Below, piece by piece: positions 12,677-24,595 of a stretch of DNA of 62,741 nucleotides. Origin of the DNA: Cyanophora paradoxa CCMP329 (Eukaryota; Plantae; Glaucophyta); the NCBI GenBank assembly GCA_004431415.1, contig QPMI01000663.1, positions 1-62,741 of the forward strand, read 5' to 3'. The notes under the pieces are model-generated. The model was not told the origin of the DNA. It saw only the letters and a program-made list of their open reading frames with translations, and ran no database searches. Position 1 is the first letter of the stretch. Every line of letters starts with the position of its first letter. Both the position numbers and the translations under genes were made by a program.

Positions 12677-14708
12677 TCAAGGGGCGTCGGACTCGGATTT
12701 CGAGCCATCGGCGTCCGAGGCCCCCGCGGCCTTGATGCGAAAGACGTTCTTCGGCATGCGAACGAGCGGCTCGCCCTTGCTGTCGACGAGCTTCCTCACG
12801 CGCTCGTCGAGCCGCTTCTCGATCTCCTCGAGCGCCGCCTCGTCGGCGCGCTGCAGGTTGGGGAGAAAGGCGACAAAGTCCGCCGGGCTGACGCCGTCGC
12901 CCACCACGCGCGCGAGGCCCGGGAGGCGCTGCAGGACGCGGGCGCAGGCGGCCAGGTCCGAGTAGGCCTTGGCGCACACCGAGCGCTCCTCGAGGCGGAG
13001 GCCGCAGGCCTCGAGGATGTGGTTGTAGCGCGGCTCGACGCGGTCCCGCCGAAAGTAGCCCCAGCTGCGGGGGTTCCGCCCGTTGGCCTCGACGTAGCGC
13101 TCGTACGCGCCGAGAATGCCCGTCGAGGCGAGGAGGAGGCAGCGGATCCGCTCCCGCCCCGCGTGCTGGGCCCGCAGGAGGAGGGCCCGCCGCGCCGCGG
13201 GGTCCCCGTCGAGCTGGATCCCGACGAGGGCGGCGTCGACGCCGCGCCGCAGCCCCCGCTCGAGCTCGCGGAGGGAGAGCGTCCCCTCGCTCCTCTCCGA
13301 GACCGCCTCTTCCCCCTCGCCGCCCTCGCCGCCGCTACCGCTGCCGGCGCCCTCGTGCTCCGCGTCCGCGTCCGAGCCCGAGTCCGACGTCTCCTCGCCG
13401 TCCCGATCCCGATCGGCCGCCTCGAGCTGGGTCTCGAACTCGGCCCGCTTCTGCTCCTCCCACTCGTTCATCGGCCCGTCCTCGCCGGCGGGCTCGCCTC
13501 CGGATCCACCTCCGCCGCCGCCCGCGCCGGGGGCCTCGGTCTCCTCGCCCTCGCCCTCGCCCTCGCCCGCGCCATCCTCGTCGTCCTCCTCGTCAAAGTC
13601 CTCGCGCTTGCACGTGTAGGCGTCGTAGAGGATGCGCTGCAGCTTCTCGCTTTCCCACGGCGGCCGCCGCTCCGACGAGGCGGGGCGGCGCTGCCGCTTG
13701 GCCGGCGGGCCCTTGGGCGCCTCGATGGCCAGCGGCGGCTCCTCGTCCTCGAGCTCGTCCTTGTCCTCGGCGGCCGCGGGGGCCATGCGCCTCGCGCGCG
13801 TCGCCCGGGCCGCCGGTGCCGGCGCCGGCGCCGGAGCTCCCCCGGCCGCCGCCGCAGAGCTCCCCTCGGCCGCCGTCGAGGCCTGAGAGGCCCCGGCGCG
13901 CCCCGAGCGGCGGGGCGTCGACGCGTTCGAGTCGGCCCCGCCCTTGCGCGCGGGCGCGGGCTGGGCGGCCGAGGGGGAGCCCCCGGCGGGAGGCTCCTGG
14001 GAGGCAGACTCGGCCGCGGGCGCCGCCGGTCCCCTGGACGAAGAGGGCCCCGCCCCGCCGCTCGTCGGGGGCGCGCGGCGGCACGAGGTCAGCGCGGCGA
14101 GCTGGATGGCGCGCGAGACGCCCTCGGCCGCCGTCCAGGACTCGGGGCGCTCGGCCTCGTGGACAAAGGCGCGGTAGGCGAGGTAGCCGTCGACGCGCGA
14201 CGAGGGGACGAGGGCGGAGAGCGTCGGGTGCGGCTCGCTGCACGCGCTCTGGAGCATGGGGCACTCGATCTCGCCCTCTTCGTCCCCGGCCGCGCCCGTG
14301 GGCGCGAGAACCTGCGCAGAAGGGGGCGATGGGCGGACTCCGGGAGCGGGGGGGAAGGTGGGGGTACGGGCGCGGGGGCGGCACCTTGGGGACGCAGGCG
14401 AGGCACACGAGGCCGTGGCGCTGGAGCAGGTGACCCGTCGGCTCGTCGTTGAGGTCGATCGCGCGGTCGAGGTCGCCCCCGCCGGCGAGCTCGGCGATGT
14501 TCCTGGCCAGGCACGCCGGCACGTACGCCGGCGGGAGGAGGCGCTCCGCGGCGCAGACGCTGCACCGGGGGCGCACGTCGAGGTCGAGCCATGCCGAGAT
14601 GTACTTGGGGCGGGCGATCCGCACGGGCCGCGCGTCGATCGGCGGGGCCCCCGATGCTGCCTCCTCCTGGGAGGACGCCGCCTGCTTGCCCTTGGCCTTG
14701 GCCCCCAT
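12677..14708 (-). CDS. Hypothetical protein with N-terminal RING-like Cys/His cluster, acidic low-complexity middle and helical C-terminal domain (at least 1 intron, ~14312-14385)
   Basis: MGAKAKGK...CSVC...HGLVCLAC..K|intron|VLAP...IECPMLQSAC joins ORFs 13593-14708 and 12677-14995. Confidence 0.6.
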
Positions 14709-14999
14709 CGAGACCGCGGGACCCGTGTTCCCGGTACCCTCCCCGCTCGAGTCGAGGGGGGTACGCAGGCCCTTTCAATCCTGCACGCGGGAATGAGACG
14801 GACGGTGTGCGACGTGCAGCCATTTATGAATTCTGGAGCTACACGTCCCGTCTCGCTTTCCTTGGTGCGCACCTGCGAACCGCGCGGCAGCGTCCAAGAG
14901 GCCTGCGTGCGCTCGGTCTCTGGGCCCGACAAGGCCCGTGCACCTCGCGACTCGTTCAAGCGGCGGCAGGCTTGTATCCCCCGTTCACTGCGCATGGTC

Positions 15000-15040
15000 C
15001 CGGAATCGGCCGAGCTCTGGTCGGGGGAGAGGGGAGGGAA

Positions 15041-15076
<36 letters not shown>

Positions 15077-16425
15077 GAAATTAAAACGCGGCTAGGTGCG
15101 GTCTTGTTGAGGTGTACCCGGCCCCTCTCACTTGCCGGATTTGAGAGCGGTTTCCGCTGTACCCTGACCGTACGATACATAGACCTGGAATCGGCCGAGC
15201 TCTGGTCGGGGGGGGGGGGAAGGGGGGTAGAGAGGGTAGAGGGCAAGGCCGCAAGGGTACCAGACGGACAAGCTCAAGGTCACTAAGGCGCCGGTCTCAA
15301 TTGCAACCCCTCGGCCGATTTCAGGTCTAGAGATTTAGAACGGGGTCCAACGAGCCGGGGCTGTACCCCGATTGTGTGGTGCATCTAGACCTGGGGTCGG
15401 CCGAGCTCTGGTCAGTGATCATGAGGGAATCGGAGGGCCGCGCGCGCTGCAGGGGTATAGAGGGGTAGGGTCGAAGGATAACGGTACCCCCCGTCGACGT
15501 CCTCCCCACCCACCCCTTTCCCCCACAAGGCCCGCAGACTACAGGAGATCCAACCAGAGCTCGGCCGATTTCGCGCCCAAAGGGGCAGGGTCGAGAGAGA
15601 GCGTGAAAGAAAACCACTACCCCCTCCATCGCGAGATCGCCACACATAGACCTGGGATCGGCCGAGTTCTGGTCGGCAGGGGAGGGGGTACAAGCGAGAA
15701 ACATAGGACGCAGGTGACGGGTTCGACTCTCGAGCGGATCCCTCCCGAAGAACGGCGCGAAAGACACGAGCAGCCTTCGTGAAAACTCGGCCGGCGCTCG
15801 TCTGGTATCAGCGGGTGTTGCGGAACGTTAACTCATCGGCTGGGGTGCGCGGAAAGAGGACGATCTGCGTATACGTAGCGATCATCGGATAGTAGAGCGT
15901 GAGCGACGCGCGGGCAAGCCTGCAGCTGACTACGCGAGAGATAGGGGCGCGTGAGGAGAAGAGAATCAAAGATCGAAACGTTAATTATAACCGGGGAGAG
16001 CCGAACCTGGAAATTTAAATGCGCCGGCAAAAAAAGGGGCCGACCAGAGCTCGGCCGTTTTCGGCTCCTAGGAGCTGTGCAAGAAGAGATCGGACTCGCA
16101 GCATGGGCGCTGGCCGCCGTCGGGGAGGGAGAGGGGAAAAGAGAGGGGTAGAACCACGCGAGAAAATCAAACGGAGAGCCCCCGGCCCGCGCCCCGACCA
16201 GAGCTCGGCCGATTCCGGGTCCATATGGGGGGGGGGGGGGGGGGGGGGGAAGGAGGAAGGGGGGGGAGGGGGGGGATGCAAGCGCGGTTAGGTGCGGGTC
16301 TCGTTCATTGAAAGACGTACCCTCTCACCCCTTGATGGATTCGAGAGCGGTTTTCCGAGAGCAACCCCTGCCAAGCTGTACCCCTAACCGTGCGCGCGGG
16401 GCGCATATATAGACCTGGGATCGTC
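15000..16425. repeat. Motif cluster 1: ~8 copies of (TAGACCTGGRA)TCGGCCGAGCTCTGGTC in both orientations, with poly-G tracts
   Basis: Forward copies near 15006, 15191, 15397 and 15658; reverse copies near 15311, 15553, 16041 and 16195; partial copy at 16411. G runs at 15041-15075 and 16227-16249. Confidence 0.9.
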
Positions 16426-17024
16426 AACTATAAAAATTATAACGTCAACTAGGATGTCCAATAAGTCCGAAGTTCGATCAAGTAGTGGCCACATGGCCGC
16501 TTATCCGGAATGACTTACGGACTGTGATCTAGATCTAGATCTCTCGTAATAAAGCCAATGCGGACGTCGACCGCGGCGCGCGCGAGCGACGGGGCGCCCA
16601 CCGGCGGCGGCCGCCGATCGCGAGTGCTGACGCCCGGCGCCGGCGCGCGGCGGCATCATGCTCCCGGTCCACCCATGGCCACCCCACGCCTAAAGCTAAG
16701 CTTAAGCTAAAGACGCTTCCCGAATGAGCCGAGAAGCTCAAGACCGGTACCGCTGCGGCAATCGCAAGGACCTCTGCCGCAAGGGCGGAGCAAATATATA
16801 TATATCCCATCCTCTTCGTCTATCAACTTTTGCCCCACGTGCAGAGCTCGTTCAGGAAAGACCTAGTACGGGCCGTCGGCTTCGTTAAGAGATCGGGACC
16901 ACTTCTAGCCCTCTATATAACTATCGGTTCCGTCGAGGTATACAAGCCCGCCTCGAGATCGAATTCAGATAAAGATTCAGATTAAGAGGACCAGCGCGCA
17001 TGCACTGTACACGGGCACGCGGGG

Positions 17025-19076
17025 CTAACCTTCCGAGCTCGAAGAGTCGCCATCGGACGAGGAAGACTCGTCCTCCTCCGCCTCGCCGGCGGAATCGGCG
17101 TCGACTTTGAGGTTCTTGCCGAGGGTGAAGACGATGCAGTACCTGCGCACGCGGGTCGCGGGATCAGGGCAGCCGGGGGACGCGCCCGCCGGCGCAGCGA
17201 ACCTAGGATCCGTCTCCCCGTCCACCACCACCTCGTGCTCCAGCAGGTGCCCCTGGCGGAGCGCCGGTTCGTCGCCGGCCGGGAAGAAAGGGGAGAGCGC
17301 CGGCGGGGGCCGGGGCGCTTACTCGGATAAAGACGACGTCTCCGTGTCGCAGGTCGAGGGAGATGCCAAGGGCGGGGAAACGCAGCCGATGCAGCCGCCG
17401 GTCACGGGTGCCGTCGGGGTGAAAGTAGACGAGGGCGGCGTAGGCCTCTTGCGCATCGTTCTTGTCCCGGTGGGACGTCGCGATCCTGGGGGGGAAAGGG
17501 GGGGGGGGGGGGGGGGGGGGAGAGGGAGGAAAGTCGGCATCCAAAGACGTTTTTTTAGGGCGAACTCACGTTTCCGGCGAGTTCATCCACTGCATCGACC
17601 AGAACCCTGCGCGCCCGCAACCGGCGTCGGGCCCGAAAGGGCGGGACGGCGCACGATGGCGGACCGTAATTGTACGGTTGCCGATCGAGGAGGCGAAGCG
17701 CGATCTCCGCCATGTCGCAGCCGGCCTTGACGTCGAAGGCGCAGAGGGCCGGGAACAGGTACTCGAGCACGCCGGCAAAGTACCCGTTCGCGAGGTGCAG
17801 CCGCCGGTTCGCGTTCGTGTCCGTGCCGAACTGCGGGTTCAGCGAGATCTGCAGGAGACCGGGTCGGCTCGCCCGCGCGGGCGGCCCGGGGCGCGGGGCG
17901 CGGGCCGCGCGCGGACCGGAATCGGGACGGACGCGCCCTGGGCCCGCTGGAAGCCGGTGGCGATCCGGGGCCCGCGCTTCTTCTTTGATTCACCGGACTT
18001 GCCCTCGGCGGGGGCCGCTTCCCGGGCCGCGGCGGCCCTCCGCGGCGGGCGCGCCGCTGCGGGGCGCGGGGGCGGCAGGAGCGCCTTCTTCTTGCCTCCG
18101 GGACGCCCGGCGAGCTTCTCCCGCATCACGTCGAGCCGCCCCGTCCGGAGCGCCGCCTCGGCCGCAGCGCGCGCCTCGTCGAGCAGCGTCTGGTCCTGCG
18201 CCGGCGCTCACGTTGCGGTCGCGGGCGGGGGCGCGGGAGGAGGGCGGCCGGCACCCGGGCCTCGTTGTACATGGTGCTGCGGCGGACGGAAAACCTAAAG
18301 GCCGTGGAGGCGCAGGCGACGGCGGCGGCCACCCGCTCGATCCCGGCGCCCTCGCGGAAGAGGCCGGGGAGGTGGACGGCGGCAAGGGCGCCGCTCAGGG
18401 AGATGCAGGCCTGCGCCCCGCGGTCTACGACGTAGTCGTGCCTCGCCTCGTCCTCCTTGGAGCAGCCAGGCGGGAGCGGGGCGACGTAGGCGGCGAACTT
18501 GCCCTGCGGGCGCGTGAGCCGTCGGCGCGGGGACGGGGCGGGACGGGGCGGCGGCGGCACCTCGGCCCGCTGCTTCCGGATGAAACGCGAGTCGACGCCG
18601 CCCCCGAGGAGGTTGCAGGGGAGCACGACGCACCGCTCCGGGGACGTGGCCCACGCCGCCAGCGCCGAGGCGTGCGGCGGTCCGTGCGGCCGTTCGAGCA
18701 GGGCCCCCTCGATCGCGCGGAGGGCGAGCAGGTCGACGGGCGGCGGGTTCAGCCCCAGCTCCGAGCCAAAGTGCTCTGCCAACCGGTCCGGCGGGCCCGT
18801 CATCCCCTCGGGTACTACGCCGAAAGGGAGCTGCGCATGCCGGCGGGGACCGTCGGGGCGCGCGCGCGCGCGCGGGAGAGCGCCCCTTCCGGAGCGCACG
18901 TGCAGGATCTGGCCCCTCCAGCGGACGGGACCGTAGGATCGGTAGCCGTACCGCCTCGTCGCAACGAGCTCGGCGCGCTTGTGGGGGTCTGCGGCGCGCG
19001 TCAGGGCCCCGGGCGCGATGGGGAGGGACGGCGGGGCGAACCATTCGCGCACGCTGGCCCGCCGGGCTTTGAGCAT
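17025..19076 (-). CDS. Multi-exon 2OG-Fe(II) dioxygenase, TET/JBP-like
   Basis: Spliced C-terminus reads ...YNYGFWSMQWMNSPETIATSHRDKNDAQEAYAALVYF...LRFPALGISLDLRHGDVVFIRGHLLEHEVV...RRYCIVFTL. It has HxD (17464-17472), a distal His and a terminal Arg in double-stranded beta-helix spacing. Confidence 0.75.
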
Positions 19077-19267
19077 TCGCGCAGAGTCTTAAGCTTAGGC
19101 GGCGCCGGCCAGACTCCTGCGCGCGGCGGTCGCTCGCCCCCGTATACCCTCGAGAACCCAGTCTAGATAACCCTATTGCAACTTTCAACGCCCCACGTAT
19201 ACGCTAGCGCGCACTCTGCCGGCGCCCACCCCCACCCTTTACTTCATCTAGTAATTTCTGTTTCGAA

Positions 19268-21820
19268 TTATGAACCGAGCACGTGTACAACATAGCTACG
19301 GCTTGCCGTGTCCGCGAGCCGCCCGCAGCATCTCAAGCTTGGCGTGGAGCTCCCGCTGCACCGCCGGATCGCTCGCGCTCTGAGCCGATATCGAATGCAT
19401 TCGCGAGGGGCGAGATGTGAAGAATCGGCAAGACACACCTCGATCTGCTTTACGAGGGACCCCTCGAGCTCCGAGGCCGCCGGCTCCATGACATCCGAGT
19501 CCCGCGCTGGCGTTTGCGGGAGAGGACCGGGTGAGCGGCGAAACGGTCCGGGTGAGGCGTGGGGGGGTGCCCACCGGAAGACGCGTGGTCTTCGTCCTCG
19601 ACGGGCTTGCTGGGACCCGCGGGGGTGGGATCCGCAGGCGTCGGCCTGCGACAGGGCGATCAAAGAAGCGGCGCGGCGCAAGGAGGAGGGCGGCCCCGCC
19701 CACCCGGGAGTCTCCGGAGGGTCCCGGGGATCGTTGGACGTCCCGCCCTCGCCCTCCTCCTTGACGACGGAGGCCAAAGTCTGCCGCGCCTCCTTGATAG
19801 CCTGCCTCCTGCGACTCTCGTGAGAGCTATTCGGGGGGGGGGGGGGGGGGGGGGGGGGGAGCCAAGGGGACGGCTGAGCACAGTTTCGCCACGAGAACGT
19901 CGTTCGGTCGGACCTCCTCCCGCCAGTTTTTCGACCGCATCTGCGTAACGCTGCGGTGGCCGGAATCGGTGGGCGACGAGAGCGGGGGGCGGGGTCGGAG
20001 GCGTACGGGTCGATCGGCGGGAAGCCGAGCGCGCGGGCCAGGAGAACGATGAGGGAGGTGGCGCCGTCGAAGCTGAGGTGGGGAATCTCCGCGAGATGGA
20101 CCTTTCCCCCGAAATGTCGCTCCAGGAACTTGCGCTGCTCTGTCGCGCTCCTCTTGAAAAAGGTGGGCGTCGACCACGTCGCCGTTCTTCGCGAAATGAA
20201 ACGGGGCCCGTCAGTGGCGCGGAGGGAGCACGGGCGCTACGTAAGACCCCGAGACGCGCACGCCGCATCCAGATCGGTCACGTCCTTGCCGTTGATCGTA
20301 CTCCATACCGGTTCGATCTCGGGGAGCCCCCCGTCGCCCGCCTCCTGCGGCCGCCTGACGGAACGCACGGCTTGTCGCCGGCGGGGGCGCGAGGAAACGG
20401 GGCGGGACGCACCGCTCGGCCGCGCGCTCGGGCGAGGATCCATCCGCGGCCGCCGCGTCTCCGACCCTGCGCGGGGATCAGCGGGGGAAAGGTCGAGGCG
20501 CCGCACATCACCGAGGCGGGCACCTTGGGCGCTTGGTACCGTCGGGGCCCGAGGCCGGCGTCGCCTCGCCGCCCCCGGCGGCGCGCTTGCCGGTGGCTTG
20601 CTCCGGCGACGCGACCGTCGGCGGCGGCGCCTCCGGGCTGCGGCGGTGAGCGACGGGGCGACGAGGTCGTGAAGGGCCGGGGGCACGGACCAGTGCTCAA
20701 TGTTGATGCCGCGTGCCCTGCACGCCTCTGCCGTCTCCCTCCGGGCATCGCCAAGGCGCCCCGAGCCGCAGCGCCCCATGCCCAGCTGCGTACGCAGAAC
20801 GTCGAGGGACTTGCGATCGTGAAACGCAGACTTGAGGACGACGAAGGTCCTGCGGCGAGCCGCGGTGAGCACCAGCCGCGCGCCGACGGAGATGGGGAGA
20901 GGAATAGAAGTCTTAGAAGAGGGGTGGGGGGTACCGGGGTGCAGAGGGGTCAACGGGGGTGGCGCCGGGGGCGGCGGCGGCCGGGGCGGGGACGGGGGCG
21001 GCCCCCGCGCCGCGCAGAGCCTCCTGCGCACCAAGGACGCGCTGAACGTCGGCCCGAACCGAGTCCATGCCCAGCTTTCCGCCGGCACCGCGCGGCCAGC
21101 AGAGGTGCACGAACGCGTCCCCGTCCAGCTTCTGCTCCACGGTCGCGTAGACCAGATCGTTCGTCCTGCACTTTTGCACGTACGCGATCTCCGGGAACAG
21201 GTGCCGCGGCCGCCCCGTCCTCTCGTCCACGCCGCATCCCTTGCACGGCGTGCCCGGCATCCCGACGCCGAGCTTGCCGAGGAGCCCGACGAGTCGCGCG
21301 CTCGGCGGGAGCGGTGCGAGGACCTCGAGCGCCTTGGGGGTGCTCAGCACACGGTACGCTGCGCGAGCGGCGTCGGGGGCCCGCGCGGGAGAGGCGGGGG
21401 CGCGTACGCGCGCGCGCGGCGCCGGCGGCCCGGCCGCGGCGCCCTCCCGGCCGCGGCCAGGATACGCACCCAGCGTGACGACGTGGCGGAGCGCTTCGAG
21501 AAACTGCTCAAGCTGCTGCGGCGAAGAGCCGAGCTGCGCTCCGCGCGCCTGCGCATCCGGCCGCGGCCGCGGCCACGGGCGGCGTCATCACAGGTTCAAA
21601 ACGAGCGGTCCGCGCGCGCGTGCGGTGGAAGCGCACCTGTACCGACTGGAGGGTGAGATCCTGCATCGTCTGCAGGTACGCCGCTTTCACGGCCGCCGAG
21701 GACTCGTCGTACGACGCGAACGACTTGAGCTCCGCCGGGAGGCCTAGCACGGCGGCAGGATTGCCCAGGTTGATGCCCCAGAAGTCTCGTGTCGTCCATC
21801 GCCGCCGCCGGCGCCTCACC
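19268..21820 (-). CDS. Multi-exon hypothetical protein
   Basis: Protein-like coding segments (DFWGINLGNPAAVLGLPAELKSF; CKGCGVDERTGRPRHLFPEIAYVQKC; RTFVVLKSAFHDRKSLDVLRTQLG) are separated by gt..cag introns. No family was recognised and the ends are approximate. Confidence 0.5.
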
Positions 21821-21878
21821 CGCGCGCGCGCCGGCCACTGCGCACGATTGGGGGTACGTCGTCGGAACGAGCCGCAGC

Positions 21879-23457
21879 ATGGCGGGCCGCCGGGTCGTGC
21901 AGCGCTGGTTCGACACAGCGTTCATCGTAGCACCGAAGCGATGTCGATTCGTTCGAGCGGGCCCCAGTCCCGTAGAGCTGCTGCAGCAGGAGCCTCAGAC
22001 CTTTGCCGAGGAGGTTCTGAGTCGCATACGGCGGGCCGACCGCGGCCAGTTCGAATCCCTCCACTTGCAATTGGTTGTAGCGACAAAGCGGCGTCGATGC
22101 CAATGGCGCGATTGCCCCCAGTCGACCCGCAAGACTCCCTTCTGCAAGGAGCACCTCGCGAAGCTGAAGGCGAGCACCGCCGTGCATTCGTGCCACTCCC
22201 ACCGTTTCCTTTCCTTACTGACAAAGGTTTAGCTTCGCATTGGCCCCTCCACGGTGTGCGACGGCGAGGGCTTGTTCGCCGAGGCGCTGCCGGAGGAGCT
22301 GGAGGCGGCGGCCGCCAAGGGGCTGCTTCCAACCGAGGTCGAGGTCTTCGGCCCGAACACGCAGTACTTTGTGTGCCTGTACGACGGGTCCGCAGCGCCC
22401 CGCCCCGCCTCAAGCTTGGCGCCCGCGCGGTGCGCCCGCGCCTGACGCGCCGCGCGCTCGCAGGATCTTGGTGACGAACCCGCTCCAGCACTGGTTCGAT
22501 CAGCTGGACGCTACGGGCGAGTGGACGTGAGTGGATGCCCCCCAGCGCCCAGCGCAAAACGTTTGCCCACGCGCGCGGGGGTCGGGCGGGCAGGTTCTGC
22601 TTCAAGATCGACTCTCTCACGTACATCGATGCGGCGCTGCTCAACTTTCTCGGCCGCTTCATCAACTGCGCGTATCCCGACGCGAAGAGGGGCAACGTGC
22701 GGTTCGTGGTGAACACGAGGCGGAAGGAGGTCCTCGTCCGCGCCACCAAGCCGGTCTTCCACCGCCAGGAGGTGCGAAGCCTGCAGGAATTTGCATCTTT
22801 TCGAGTATCTAACGGCACTCGTCCCTTTCCCCGCCGCGCGACCCCCCGAAGCTCATCGCCAAGACCTACGGTGAGCCTCCCCCCTCCCAACCTCCGCCTC
22901 CGCCGCGACCGCGCCTCGGAATCCCTTTGTGACGCGCTCGCGCAGGGGGCGGCTACTTTCCGCGGCTGATGGAGAAGCTCGAGACCGGCAAGCTCTGCCG
23001 GTGCGATTCCCGCGGCGAGGTGCGGATGTCGAACCGCACCGCGCGGGCGAAGCTCCGCGAGGGGTCCTTGAGCACGGAGGAGGACGCTCCCGAGCGCGAG
23101 GGGGGCGACGCCGTGCTCGAGCCCTTCCCTCTCAGCCCTCTCGGCCGGTGGTGGGAGAACCCGCCGAAGCTCCGGCCGCCGCCGAAGCGCAACGCCCCCT
23201 TTGGGGCGCGGCCGAAGAACAAGAAGAAGAAGAAGAACGCGAAGGCGTCCGGCGGCGGGCTCGGCGCGCAGCAGCTGCAGCCGCAGCTCTTTGCCGCCGA
23301 CCCCGAGTCATTCGCGGCCGCGGCCGGCGATCTCGTCCCGCCCCCATCGGGGGGGCCGGCCCTCTTCCTTTCGGGTGCCGGGGCGGAGGTCGCCGCGTTT
23401 TCTTTTCCCGAGGAGATCTCTGTAGACTACGAGATCGAGGGGCACTTCGGGTGCTGA
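21879..23457 (+). CDS. Multi-exon SET-domain protein (putative lysine methyltransferase) with N-terminal C-x4-C-x8-C-x2-H knuckle
   Basis: Spliced: RCQWRDCPQSTRKTPFCKEHLAKLK|LRIGPSTVCDGEGLFAE...CLYDG|...YIDAALLNFLGRFINCAYPDAKRGNVRF...VLVRATKPVFHRQE|LIAKTYG|GGYF...LCRCD. This covers the SET motifs GxGLFA, IDA, RFIN, ELxxxYG and a partial post-SET. Confidence 0.85.
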
Positions 23458-24595
23458 GCTCGAGGGCGCGGGGCTATGGGGTGTCGGGGCGCCCCCCTTT
23501 TTCTTAGGGCTGTCTCGCCATCGTCCACAGTCTACTATTTTAATTTATTCTAGTAATTTTCAAAGTTCGGTTGATTATTTCTTCTTTCATGAGTACTTGC
23601 GTCATTCTCATCAGCTGTGTACGCTTACGTCCGCATCCGAGCCATGTACACTCGATAGCTAGCCTAGCGCTAGCTATATCTAGTACTAGCTTGTAGTGTG
23701 CATGCCCGTGCATGCGCATGCGCAACGTTGACTGCGCGTGCTGGCCGACGCATGCATGCTGCAGCTGGGGGAAATTGGTTAAAACGTTGATAAGGGCCTA
23801 AGTCGGCCTGGTCCGCGCGCGCCGGCGCGGCCGGGCGCGGCGGTCAACGCACATGTACAACGATATATGGTGACGTCGACTCGGTGACTTCACTTTTGAC
23901 CGATGCCGGCGGCGATCAAATTGTCGAGGCGGTGGTTTTGCTGTACCCTTAAGCTTTCCGGTCACGGAGTGGAATCGACGTCGGGCACGTCCGGACCCGG
24001 GAGTGGCAATCTCAACCGTCGGACATCGTTTCGGCATCACGCACGTTAACTCATCATACCCACGTAGAGCAGAATCTGTGTGCGCGTCGTCGGACCGCGA
24101 CGAACAGCAACCAGCTCGCTGCACTGCGGCAGGCCCTAGATAGCTAGCCATAGCTATAGGACCGACGTTGACGCAGTCGCCGCGCGGCGCAGCCGACTCC
24201 AACGCCGGCTTAACGTCAACGTTCAAATTCGCCGCGGCCGCGCGCGGCCCGGTCCCGCGCGGATCCCCGGGCCGTCGGACGACGTTTGATTGCCTATAGC
24301 TATAGGCTTTAGCCACGCCTATAGCTAGTGCCACGGTGGTTCGACGGTTCCGATATATACTGCAGTCACGCACTCTTAGTACGGTACGTATACGTATACT
24401 ATAGCCTAGTAGCTAAAGCTATAGCTAGCTACAATACCGAGTCCGCGGCCGGCCCCCGCATGCGCATCGGCGAACTTAAGGATCCCGCGCAGGCCGGCAC
24501 CAGCGCTATAGTTAGCCAGATTGAGATTCAGTGCGCCGTGCCACGGTGCACGCGGCGCCGCTCGACGAGCCTCGGGGTTGATATCATCGCGCACC

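Larger units (their letters stand above)
11285..14880 (+). repeat. Direct repeat copy 1 (3.6 kb; start of element unit)
   Basis: Begins ccttttgcttttttgttttggaaatttagagggcc and matches 59161-62741 apart from scattered 1-2 nt indels. Confidence 0.97.

Noticed and set aside
23410-23432. EEISVDY as the terminal SET motif
   Set aside because: A properly placed E|LIAKTYG|GGYF motif is supplied by the micro-exon at ~22852-22870, so the later match is probably coincidental.
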